Notes under the pieces: model-generated
What the model was told of the DNA's origin: nothing
What the model saw: the letters and a program-made list of their open reading frames with translations, nothing else
Databases searched by the model: none
Part shown: one piece after another, positions 1 through 10,266 of the stretch
How positions within the stretch are numbered: position 1 is the first letter of the stretch
Layout of the letters: each line of letters opens with the position of its first letter
Translations under genes and position numbers: made by a program
Source: Lingula anatina
Lineage: Eukaryota; Animalia; Brachiopoda
Reading direction: 5' to 3'
Length of the DNA stretch: 64,000 nt
Assembly: GCA_051362555.1 (NCBI GenBank)
Contig: CM120643.1
Location: 14,048,644-14,112,643 of the forward strand

Positions 1-2
1 TA

Positions 3-2090
3 ACAGCTCTACACATTGATGGGCAGTTAGAAATGCAAAACAGTCAAATGTGTGAGGAATCGGACACTGATGATCATGACATGAGTTATGATGATGATGA
101 TCAAGCACATGAGCCAAGCAGCCAAGAACAAGACAGTGAAATGGTCATTAAGCATGAAATAATTGATATTGGGTTTGATGAGGAAAATAATCCTACTGAA
201 GAAAAGGGCAGCCTTGAAAATGATAACTCAAACAATGCAAACATAGAGAATGCACATTCAAAAAGAAAAATATACAATTGTTGCCATTGTAATAGAACAT
301 TCAGTCAGGCAAGTGCTCATGCCTTACATGAAAGATCTCACACTGGGGAAACAATTTACAAATGTGAATATTGTGAAGAGTCTTTTACTAGAGCTGGACA
401 CCTGAGAGAGCATGGAAAAGTTCATGAGTTGAAATGTTCTTATTGTAATAAATCTTGTTGGGGGCCTAGAGCTTTAGGCAGGCATGAAGAAACCCACACT
501 GCAAAACTGAACCGGAAACCGAAGAAAACTGAAAAATTTAAGTGTTCATACTGTGATAAAATTCTTACTAAAAAGCATGCACTTGTAATGCATGAAACGA
601 TACACACTGATGACAGACTTAAATGTAAACATTGTGAAAAATCTTTTATGAGGAAGGAAGATTTAATGGAGCATGAAAAAATTCATGAATTGAAATGTTC
701 TTACTGTGGTAAATCTTGTTGGGGAACAAGAGCACTTGTCAAACACGAGAGACTACACAAAGGCCAAAATTCTGAAAGCAAAACAAAAACATACAAGTGC
801 TCACATTGTGACAAGACATCTAGCTGGAAAGGTGCAATGGTCATGCATGAAATGATCCACACTGGTGATCGACTCAAATGTCAACAATGTGAAAAAAATT
901 TTACAAAAAAAGATGATCTATGGGAGCATGAAAAAATTCATGAACTGAAATGTTCTTACTGTAGTAAATCTTGTTGGGGATCCAGAGCTCTTATCAAACA
1001 TGAGAGTATTCACAGTGGTGAAATGCCACAAAAGAATTTGAATGCATACAAATGTTCATATTGTGATGAAAGTTTCAATTGGAGAAATCAACTCGATGCG
1101 CATGAAACTATTCATTTTATTGAAGGAATCAAATGTAAACATTGTGGACAATCTTTAACTGGGAAAGATGAGATTGTTGAACACGATACATCACATGAAT
1201 TTAAATGTTCTCATTGTGGAAAATCTTGTTGGGGAATGGAAGCTCTAAAGAAGCATGAGAAGTATCATACTATGGAAAAACGATTCAAATGCGACATCTG
1301 TGATAAGTCATTTCGAGTTCAAAGAGCATTGCAAAACCATCAAAATACTCACACTGGTGAAAAACCTTACTTGTGCAAGTACTGTACCAAAGGCTTTGCT
1401 AATGGTTCAACTTTGATATCACATGTGATGACCCAACACACTGGAGATAGACGACACAAATGCCAGTACTGTGATCGCCGATTTGGAGCCAGGTTGTCTC
1501 TTGAAGAACATGAACGCTTGCACACAGGGGAGAAACCATTTAAGTGCGATCACTGTAACAAAAGATTTGTTAGAAAATCATGTTGGAGAGATCATTTGAA
1601 GATTCATCTTGGAGTTAAATCTCATATTTGTTCCTACTGTGGAATGGGATTTCTTGACAAAACTCACCTTATTAGACATGAAAGAACCCACACTGGTGAA
1701 AAACCATATAAGTGCAAACACTGTGATAAAGCATTCAATAGAAAAAGTAACTGTACCACACATGAAAAAAGTCACACCGGTGAGAAACAATTTAAACAGC
1801 GGTCATCTGAAAATAAAGTGGAAAGTCTATCTGAAAAAAGTCTGCATGCTAAAGGGGATGTTAACAGTGAGAACTCTGAAGGCCTGGCAATGAGTCAGCA
1901 GTTGGACAGTTCATTCATCAGTCAGCAGTTTGATAGCACACATAGACCCCAGCACAGTGAGAGTACATTCAGACCTCAGCACATGGAAGCCTCATTTAGG
2001 GGTCCACACTCCAGTAATGTGTTCCCTACTCCAGAGGCTGTTTATCATGGAGACAACCCAAATCCTTATATGTACATGCCAGGGATGTGA
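3..2090 (+). CDS. ZAD-like/C2H2 zinc-finger protein, array gene 1 (5'-truncated by window edge; 18 fingers; ends YMYMPGM)
   Basis: The frame is open upstream of the ORF-track ATG at 33 and reads TALHIDGQLE, the end of the ZAD-like helix seen in the paralogues. It has 18 C-x2-C..H-x3/4-H repeats and is a near copy of gene 2. Confidence 0.93.
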   Translation, partial: TALHIDGQLEMQNSQMCEESDTDDHDMSYDDDDQAHEPSSQEQDSEMVIKHEIIDIGFDEENNPTEEKGSLENDNSNNANIENAHSKRKIYNCCHCNRTFSQASAHALHERSHTGETIYKCEYCEESFTRAGHLREHGKVHELKCSYCNKSCWGPRALGRHEETHTAKLNRKPKKTEKFKCSYCDKILTKKHALVMHETIHTDDRLKCKHCEKSFMRKEDLMEHEKIHELKCSYCGKSCWGTRALVKHERLHKGQNSESKTKTYKCSHCDKTSSWKGAMVMHEMIHTGDRLKCQQCEKNFTKKDDLWEHEKIHELKCSYCSKSCWGSRALIKHESIHSGEMPQKNLNAYKCSYCDESFNWRNQLDAHETIHFIEGIKCKHCGQSLTGKDEIVEHDTSHEFKCSHCGKSCWGMEALKKHEKYHTMEKRFKCDICDKSFRVQRALQNHQNTHTGEKPYLCKYCTKGFANGSTLISHVMTQHTGDRRHKCQYCDRRFGARLSLEEHERLHTGEKPFKCDHCNKRFVRKSCWRDHLKIHLGVKSHICSYCGMGFLDKTHLIRHERTHTGEKPYKCKHCDKAFNRKSNCTTHEKSHTGEKQFKQRSSENKVESLSEKSLHAKGDVNSENSEGLAMSQQLDSSFISQQFDSTHRPQHSESTFRPQHMEASFRGPHSSNVFPTPEAVYHGDNPNPYMYMPGM

Positions 2091-2254
2091 TGTATCTTTG
2101 CATTAATTACAGTGTTACATAGTGATACATGTATGAATTAAAGTCACAACTTCCTTTATAAAACTAAACAGAAGTTGAAATGGAGTAGTCAAACTGACAC
2201 TGGAGAAAAAAAAAACTGGCAAGTCTTTTTGGCTGGACTGAAGTAAAACTGACT

Positions 2255-2421
2255 GCACATATAGACCCTAGTACATTGAGAGCACATTCAAACCTCATTA
2301 CATAGAAACCTCACTAGGAGGTCCACACTCCAGTAAAGTATTCTGCACTTAATAAGCTGTTTATATTGGAGATTATTCTCATTTACACAATCATACATAT
2401 ATGCCAAAAATGTGGATGTAT
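2255..2421 (+). pseudogene. Decayed duplicate of the gene-1 C-terminal tail in its 3' flank
   Basis: atagaccc...ggtccacactccagtaa...gctgtttat...ggaga...atgccaaaaatgtg aligns by eye to ~1941-2095, with stops and indels. Confidence 0.75.
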
Positions 2422-3145
2422 TCACAACAAATTATTCTCAGATTAATTTTTATGTAGGAGGTAAATGTTGAATTTATATTGATAATTGATTTTGAATGTC
2501 AAAGTGCCATTTTCGTATAGCCGTGGCTTGCAAAAATAATAAAATGAAATGAGCTCAACATATAAATCATATTTATCAATGATATTAATTATATAGTGAT
2601 ATATTTTGCTTTTATATCACTCTCTTTTGTTTAGAATAACAGTTTCCTTATTTACTTGTGACTGGACTCGCATTGTCAAGTGCACTGTGTTGCATTGTAT
2701 TGTGCAATTTAGGGACACCCTTGGGGGGCTAATAATAGGTGTGTGGGAATCTGAAAGTGTGTCGATCAGTGCGTGAAATATTCAATTATTTCTTATTAAG
2801 CTGTAGCTTTTGAATTTAAACAATAAAAAATGAAAAATGTGAGCAAAGTAGTTATTTTTTCTTGATATTAGGGGGATTAATAAATGCAGTGGAAAAAAAA
2901 CTGTAATGAAAAAAAAAATAGATATGTCACTGGATGAACTAAATGTACAGTAACATTCTGTCATCTTTTTCTTTATTTGATGTTATTCTGAATCTCAAAA
3001 CGCAAAAAAAATAAATAAATAAATGAATAAATAAAAATAAATAATAATAATAATAAATAAATAAATAAATAAAAAGAAAGAAAACCGAGTCTAAGAAAGT
3101 CCAACTAGCGTGAATAACATTCAATAGACGGTGGTTGACTTAACC

Positions 3146-3260
3146 CAGTGGCAGGTTTAGAGTGGTGGCAGGGTGTCCTGACCCCCCCCCCCCCTTTTGA
3201 TTTCTGAAAAAGAATCACACCAATGCCCCCCTCTTGAAATTAAAATTTTGAATAGCTAAA
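3146..3260 (+). mobile_element. Truncated copy of the CAGTGGC-ended MITE family
   Basis: cagtggcaggtttaga...gtcctgaccc...tctgaaaaa..aatcacac..cccctcttg.aatta.aattttga matches the start of 46744-46958. The other end was not found. Confidence 0.6.
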
Positions 3261-3392
3261 TCATGGGGGAAAGGGGGGAGGGGGGCAGTTCCTATATACA
3301 TATAAAAGACAAATGATTGTTATATGGTTTTTCAGCCGAACATAAAGGTCTACGTAACCCATAATACGAAACCGAGAAAAGTTCAAGGTACT

Positions 3393-3402
3393 AAGACGAG
3401 CT
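3393..3402 (+). promoter_or_regulatory. Conserved upstream motif, variant AAGACGAGCT (gene 2)
   Basis: One mismatch to AAGACAAGCT found upstream of other array genes; function inferred. Confidence 0.5.
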
Positions 3403-3820
3403 AATATCAGAATAAAGTGACAAATATTCAGTGTAAAAGGGGGTTTCTTGCAGTGTTAGATATTTAAATGTATATAATATTTTATGTTAGCAATTATGAA
3501 ATAACAATCGAACGATTTTTGTCCGACAGGAAATAAAATATTTTAGAGTATCGGATGTTAGTAATTTTCATTTTACATGCTGAAGCTACCTACAGCTAGA
3601 GTCAGTGAGCTAGAGTAAAGTAAAGTGCTTGTAAGGACGTGCTTGCCGCAGTCTTCACTGGATTCCCCAGATCTAAAGGTAGTCTTTGGGTTTTTAAGCG
3701 CCATTTCATGGTCAAGTATATTTAGAGACCCCAAGAGTCGCATAAGTGTGTAATGAAGTCAGTTTATTGACCAATACATAAGTTCATAAGTACTAGTACA
3801 TGTACTAGGTAAATGTTTAT

Positions 3821-4335
3821 GGGCCATTCCGTGGTATTTGGTCCGCAGACCTCAAAATTTAAAAAAAGAATCCTACTTACAAAACTTATAATTTCTGAAA
3901 CCAGACACCATGAGACACCAGAATCCAAAAGATATTTAGGTTTTGATTATTAATTATGATTTTATTGACACTTTTATCTGGAAAACTTAAAAAATAGTGT
4001 TACGGAAGGACATTTTTATTTTTGATATATTTTTCATAATACTGATCATTTTAAACAATAAAGGCTAAATATATTACATATAATTTATTTCTTACATTTA
4101 GTGTTGAAGTTGAAAGTTAAAATTCCATGTCCATTTCACGTCCTTCTGAGACGCTGACTATTTCTTTTAATTTTTTCGTAACTATAATTTTTTAAACCTA
4201 ATTTTTTGCCTAAATATAACTTACATATAGAGGAATAAACATACAAAAATGGACCTTTTTTACTTTTTAAAATATTTTCATTTGAAGTATCAAATGTCCT
4301 TCCGTAACAGCAAAAAAAATACCATGAAATGGCCC
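3821..4335. mobile_element. Non-autonomous TIR element, 515 bp, 4-bp TSD TTAT
   Basis: Left end gggccattccgtggtattt versus right-end reverse complement gggccatttcatggtattt. TTAT at 3817-3820 and 4336-4339. Empty paralogous site gtttatctagaac at ~9531. Confidence 0.8.
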
Positions 4336-4831
4336 TTATCTAGAACAAGGTACAATACAAAACAATTTTTTTTTTATATCGGGTATAATGGAAAGGAAAC
4401 ATTAGCTTTGCAGCTATTCACCGAGGTCTTGATTCTCCTTTTGAGTTTTATTTTACCTTCAGAAAAGCAGTCTGACTCGATCAGTTTAGCACTAGTGGTT
4501 GAGAATTGACACATTTTTGAAAATTGAAAAGTATACATACTAGTATACACCACCAGCAATTTGATTCTAAATAAAAAGATTGTGTACTGTACATTTTGAA
4601 GAAATTTTCAAATTCCAAAACCTGGAGTGTTTTAACAAGTTAGAAAATACCCTTACAAATAGTCTTTTTGGGAATGTGAAAGGATGCCTAGTAGAATTTT
4701 TTTAAGTTATACTTTTTGAATCTATATTGTGGCATTGGGATGGGTTGTGTGACTTCAAATGCATCTTTAATTTGCAATGTCAATAATAATTTCATAATAT
4801 GCTTCAGGTGTTTTTGGTTTCAACTGTAATA

Positions 4832-7507
4832 ATGTCTGAGCCAGAGAAGAACAAAATTGAAGAAACGTTACCTGGTGAAAAAGATACCCATGGCCTATCA
4901 CTCACTTTGTCAAAGAAAAGTTTTAAAAATGTGACTGTTCATGGACAAAATGTTGATTCAGATGAAGAAGAAATGACTTTAAAAAAAGAAGATACTGAGT
5001 CTGAGGATGCTGTAGGTAATGGTCAGGAAATACAGCAAGAGACACTGGATAAAAGTGTGGATGATAAAATCATTGATGGCAATATAAAAGAGCCTGTTCC
5101 AAATGAACTCAGTCATGTTGGTGATGTGCTGGGCAATAATACCAATATAACTGATAATTTGAGGAGCAAAGATGTTAAACAAAGACTCAGATGTTTGGTC
5201 TGTGGCCCACACAAAGACACTTCTAAGGCTGAATATGTAAAGTTGTCAACTTCTCCAGATATTGAGAGAGAAATCCATGAGCTTTTAAAAATACTTTCTC
5301 CTCCCGCAGAATCTGATGTTTGTTGTGGCAGATGTTTGGATTTAATGAAAACCTTTGTTAACTTAAAGAATGATTTTCAACAAATGAAACAAAAAATAAC
5401 AGCTCTACATATTAATGGACAGTTAGAAATACAAAACAGTCAAAAGTGTGAGGGATCAGACACTGATGATCATGACAGCAGTGATGGTGGCAATCAAACA
5501 TATTATCCCAGCAGCCAAGAACAACACAGTGAAATGGTCATTAAGCAGGAAATAATTGATATTGGGTTTGATGAGGAAAATAATCCTACTGAAGAAAAGA
5601 GCAACCTTGAAAAGGACACTTCAAACAATGCAGACACAAAGACTACACATTCAAAAAGAAAAATATACATTTGTTGCCATTGTAATGCAACATTCAGTCA
5701 GGCAAGTGCTCATGCTACACATGAAAGATCTCACACTGGGGAAACCATTTTCAAATGTGAATATTGTGAAGAGTCCTTTAACAGAGCCGGACACCTGAGA
5801 GAGCATGGAAAAGTTCATGAGTTGAAATGTTCTTATTGTGGTAAATCTTGTTGGGGGCCTAGAGCTTTAGGCAGGCACGAAGAAACCCACACTGCAAAAC
5901 TGAAGAAACCGACGAAAATTGAAAAATTTAAGTGTTCATACTGTGATAAAATTCTTACTAAAAAGCATGCACTTGTAATGCATGAAAGAATACACACTGA
6001 TGACAGACTGAAATGTAAACATTGTGAAAAATCTTTTATGAGGAAGGAAGATTTAATGGAGCATGAAAAAATTCACGAATTGAAATGTTCTTACTGTGGT
6101 AAATCTTGTTGGGGAACTAGAGCACTTGTCAAACACAAGAGACTACACATAGGCCAAGGTCACGAAAGCAAAACAAAAACATACAAGTGCTCACATTGTG
6201 ACAAGACATCTAGCAAGAAAGGTGCAATTGTTATGCATGAAATGATCCACACTGGTAATCGACTCAAATGTAAACAATGTGAAAAAATTTTTACAAAAAA
6301 GGATGATCTATGGGAGCATGAAAAAATTCATGAACTGAAATGTTCTTACTGTAGTAAATCTTGTTGGGGAACCAGGGCTCTTATCAAACATGAGAGTCTT
6401 CACAGTGGTGAAAAGCCACAAAAGAATATGAATGAATACAAATGTTCATATTGTGATGAAAGTTTCAATTGGAGAAATCAGTTAGATGCTCATGAAACTA
6501 TTCATTTTGTTGAAGGATTCAAATGTAAACATTGTGGACAGTCTTTTACCATGAAAGAAGATTTTATTGAACATGACAAATCACATGAATTTAAATGTTC
6601 TCATTGTGGAAAATCTTGTTGGGGAATGGAAGCTCTAAAGAAGCATGAGAAGTATCATACTGTGGAAAAACGATTCAAATGCGACATCTGTGATAAGTCA
6701 TTTCAATTTATCAAATCATTGCAAAACCATCAAAATACTCACACTGGAGAAAAACCTTATTTGTGCAAGTACTGTACCAAAGGCTTTGCTAATGGTTCAA
6801 CTTTGATATCACATGTGATGACCCAACACACTGGAGATAGACGACACAAATGCCAGTTCTGTGATCGCCGATTTGGAGCCAGAATACCTTGTGAAGAACA
6901 TGAACGCTCACATACAGGGGAGAAACCATTTAAGTGCGATCACTGTGGCAAAAGATTTGCTCGAAGTTCATGTTGGAGAGATCATTTGAAGATTCATCTT
7001 GGAATTAAATCTCATATTTGTTCCTACTGTGGAATGGGATTTTTTGACAAAACTCACCTTATTAGACATGAAAGAACCCACACTGGTGAAAAACCATATA
7101 AGTGCAAGCACTGTGATAAAACATTCAATAGAAAAAGTAACTGTAACACACACGAAAAAAGTCACATAGGGAAGAAAACGGTAAAACATCGGTTATCTGA
7201 AAATAAATTAAAAAGTTCATCTGAAAGAAGTTTGCATGCTGAAGACAGTGTTAACAGTGAGAACTCTGATGGTTTGGAAATGAGTCAGCAGTTGGACAGT
7301 TCATTCATCAGTCCACAGTTTAACAGCACATATAGACCCCAGCACAGTGAGAGTACATTCAGACCTCAGCACACTGATAGTACATTTAGATCTCAGCACA
7401 TGGAAACCTCATTTAGGGGTCCACACTCCAGTAATGTGTTCCCTACTCCAGAGGCTGTTTATCATGGAGACAACCCTAATCCTTACATGTACATGCCAGG
7501 GATGTGA
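4832..7507 (+). CDS. ZAD-like/C2H2 zinc-finger protein, array gene 2 (18 fingers; ends YMYMPGM)
   Basis: 902-aa ORF from 4799. ATG 4832 (MSEPEK) was chosen because it is conserved in gene 3. Contains CLVC-x40-CGRC, IKQE, 18 fingers and the 9-aa repeat tail. Confidence 0.95.
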   Translation: MSEPEKNKIEETLPGEKDTHGLSLTLSKKSFKNVTVHGQNVDSDEEEMTLKKEDTESEDAVGNGQEIQQETLDKSVDDKIIDGNIKEPVPNELSHVGDVLGNNTNITDNLRSKDVKQRLRCLVCGPHKDTSKAEYVKLSTSPDIEREIHELLKILSPPAESDVCCGRCLDLMKTFVNLKNDFQQMKQKITALHINGQLEIQNSQKCEGSDTDDHDSSDGGNQTYYPSSQEQHSEMVIKQEIIDIGFDEENNPTEEKSNLEKDTSNNADTKTTHSKRKIYICCHCNATFSQASAHATHERSHTGETIFKCEYCEESFNRAGHLREHGKVHELKCSYCGKSCWGPRALGRHEETHTAKLKKPTKIEKFKCSYCDKILTKKHALVMHERIHTDDRLKCKHCEKSFMRKEDLMEHEKIHELKCSYCGKSCWGTRALVKHKRLHIGQGHESKTKTYKCSHCDKTSSKKGAIVMHEMIHTGNRLKCKQCEKIFTKKDDLWEHEKIHELKCSYCSKSCWGTRALIKHESLHSGEKPQKNMNEYKCSYCDESFNWRNQLDAHETIHFVEGFKCKHCGQSFTMKEDFIEHDKSHEFKCSHCGKSCWGMEALKKHEKYHTVEKRFKCDICDKSFQFIKSLQNHQNTHTGEKPYLCKYCTKGFANGSTLISHVMTQHTGDRRHKCQFCDRRFGARIPCEEHERSHTGEKPFKCDHCGKRFARSSCWRDHLKIHLGIKSHICSYCGMGFFDKTHLIRHERTHTGEKPYKCKHCDKTFNRKSNCNTHEKSHIGKKTVKHRLSENKLKSSSERSLHAEDSVNSENSDGLEMSQQLDSSFISPQFNSTYRPQHSESTFRPQHTDSTFRSQHMETSFRGPHSSNVFPTPEAVYHGDNPNPYMYMPGM

Positions 7508-7701
7508 TGTATCTTTGCATTAATTACAGTGTTTACTGTTACACAGTGATATATGTATAAATTAAGGTCACAACCAAGCAAAAGTTGAAATGGAGTACGG
7601 TAGTCAAACTGACACTGGTGAAATAACAGTTGCATATAAATAAAATACTGTTGGCAAATTTTTACGGTTGTACTGAAGTAACATATGTCAGTCTGACTGC
7701 T

Positions 7702-7880
7702 CATATAGACCCTAGTACAGTGGGAGCACATTCAGACCTTGGCATGGTGACAGTACATGTACCAGTATTTAGATCTCAGCACATGGAGGCCTCATTTAGG
7801 AGTTCTCATTCCATTAACTTAATGTACTCTAGAGGCTGTTTAACTTGGAGATTATCCTTATCTACACAATCATATATATG
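7702..7880 (+). pseudogene. Decayed duplicate of the C-terminal tail in the gene-2 3' flank
   Basis: Contains tttagatctcagcacatggaggcctcatttagg (FRSQHMEASFR), then degenerates. Homologous to 2255-2421. Confidence 0.75.
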
Positions 7881-8549
7881 CTGTATTGCACAATTTAGGG
7901 ACATCCATAGATAATAGGTGTGTGGGAATCTGAAAGTGGTCTGTGGGAATGTGTGTGTGAGCAAGTGAAGTATTTAATTATTTCTTTTTAACCTGTAGCT
8001 TTTGAAGTTTAACAATTAAAATAGAAAAATATGAGCAAATTAAGTAGTATTTTTTCTTGATATCAGGGAGATTAATAGATGCAGTGGAAAAAACTGTTGT
8101 GAAAAAAAGGTCTAGATATATCACTGGGGGAACTAGCATTCTGTCATTAGCTTTTTCCTATTTCTTTCTTTCTTTCATGCTACTTTGTATTCCAAGTCTC
8201 ACAACGAAAAAAAAAAATGGTAAAAATATCGGACAACTACACATTGGTTAATGCCGTCAAGTCCATCTTGTGTGAATAACATTAAAAAGATGGGGCGGGA
8301 AATGAAGATGAATTAGCCCCAAACCCCACCTCTTCCAGGCTGTTTCTACACCTATATGCAGAAATAAATTTCAGTGCTATATTATGCAATTAAGTTTAAA
8401 ACAAATGATTGGTATGTGATTTTTCAGTAGAGCCTACACATACATGTAAACATACAACACATGCAAAGGCCAAACAACAAAGGCAGCAAAGTTGTCAAAT
8501 GTACAGACAACAAGAAAGAAAAAAAAAAAATCCAATCAAGCTGGTTTCA

Positions 8550-8790
8550 TAAATTAAGCTGTATGTAAATCATTCTTGTAAGTTTTTTCATTTTATTTGT
8601 ATAACATTGGATAAAATATGCTGAAAAAAGCAAAAAATAAAAAAAAATAATAACTTTCATAAAAACAGTCCAAATAAATAGGGCTGGTTTTCAAGCCTGA
8701 CCTGCATTTCATGAATATCCATCAATTCTGTTTGAATACAAAAGATAAAATGGTTTTAATTTAATTTGTATAACACAGTGGATAAAATAT

Positions 8791-8836
<46 letters not shown>

Positions 8837-9110
8837 GAAAAAATGTCTGATTTTTTTACCTGTATTTTAGGACTATTCATGGTTCTATAAATTTGAAGAC
8901 AAACAGTAAATCGGTTTTTAATTTATTTGTATAACGGCTAGCGGATAAAACATGCTATAACTTTTGAAATCAAAAGAAAAAAAATAAGGTCCGATCAGGC
9001 TGATCCGAAGTTTGAAGACAAAAGGTAAGATGGTTTTCATCTTGTCTGCATAAAGCTGAAAGTGCACGGCGACAGCGACGACGACGGACGCAGGCGACAA
9101 ACACATTTGT
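8550..9110. repeat. Degenerate ~160-170 bp tandem repeat (about 3 units) ending in a GAC-rich tract; possible non-autonomous Helitron/Helentron-type insert
   Basis: ttt(a/t)tttgtataac...ggataaaa(t/c)atgc recurs at ~8592, ~8760 and ~8920, followed by gcgacagcgacgacgacggacgcaggcgac at ~9069. Absent from the paralogous gene1-gene2 spacer. The family call is inference. Confidence 0.45.
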
Positions 9111-9137
9111 GTCTGTACATAAAAAATTCAACCTACC

Positions 9138-9147
9138 AAGACGAGCT
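9138..9147 (+). promoter_or_regulatory. Conserved upstream motif, variant AAGACGAGCT (gene 3)
   Basis: Same motif family as upstream of the other paralogues. Confidence 0.5.
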
Positions 9148-10266
9148 AATATCAGAATAAAATGTGAAAGGGGGTAGCTTGCAGTGCTAGATATTTAAAT
9201 GTATATAATGTTTTGTGTTGGCAATTGTGAAATATCGATCGATCGATTTTTGTCCATAATGACTCGACAGGAAATAAAATATTTTAGAGTATCGCATGTT
9301 AGTACTTTTCATTTTACATGCTGAAGCTACAGCTAGAGTAAATAGCCTAGAAGTGCTTGTAAGGACGTTCTTGCCGCAGACTTCACTGGATTCCCCAGAT
9401 CTAAAGGTAGTCTTTGTGTTTTTGAGCGCCATTTCATGGTCAATTATATTTAGAGACGCAGAGAGTCGCATTAAGTGTAATGAAATCAGTTTATTGCCCT
9501 GGCATAAGTACGTACATGTACTAGTAAAAAGTTTATCTAGAACGAAGTCTTGATTCTGCTTTTGAGATTATTTCCCTTCAGAAAAGCAGTCCGACTCGGT
9601 CAGTTTAGCAAAAGTGGTTTGAGAATGGACACATTTTCGAAATTTTAAAAGTATACATACATACACCACCAGCATTATAAATGATTCTACTAAGTAAACA
9701 AACAGATCATCTTCATATTGAAGAAATGTTCATTTTCCAAAACCTGTGGTGTAAACTAAAATATTTTCAAAAAATAACATATGAAGCATGCGTGGATTTC
9801 CAAAAATGCATATTGACTGTTTAGTTTCTTATACAAATCCAATAAAGATGACATGCCAAGGCATAAACCAAATTATTCATTCTACTGTATCCGACATTTA
9901 AGCTTAAAACTGCACTGTCTTCTAATTTCTGGTCATAAAATGACCTATTTATTTGTCCCTCTAGTTTGTATAAGTCTTACTTAAAAATATATGGCACATT
10001 GCGTGTGCAATTATTTAAATGAGTTGCCGACAACTGAGGGTTATTTATGGCTCAGACAAAAAGAGGAAAATACCTTTACAAATAGCATTTTTGGGAAATA
10101 CGAAATGACGCCTTGTAGAATTTCTGTAAGTTATACTTTCTAAAACTGTATTGTGGCATTTGGATGGGTTGTATGGCAAAAATATGACTTCAGAGCCATC
10201 TTTTATTTGCAGTGTCAACAATAATTTCATAATATATTCCAGGTGCTATTGGTTTCAATGGTAATA

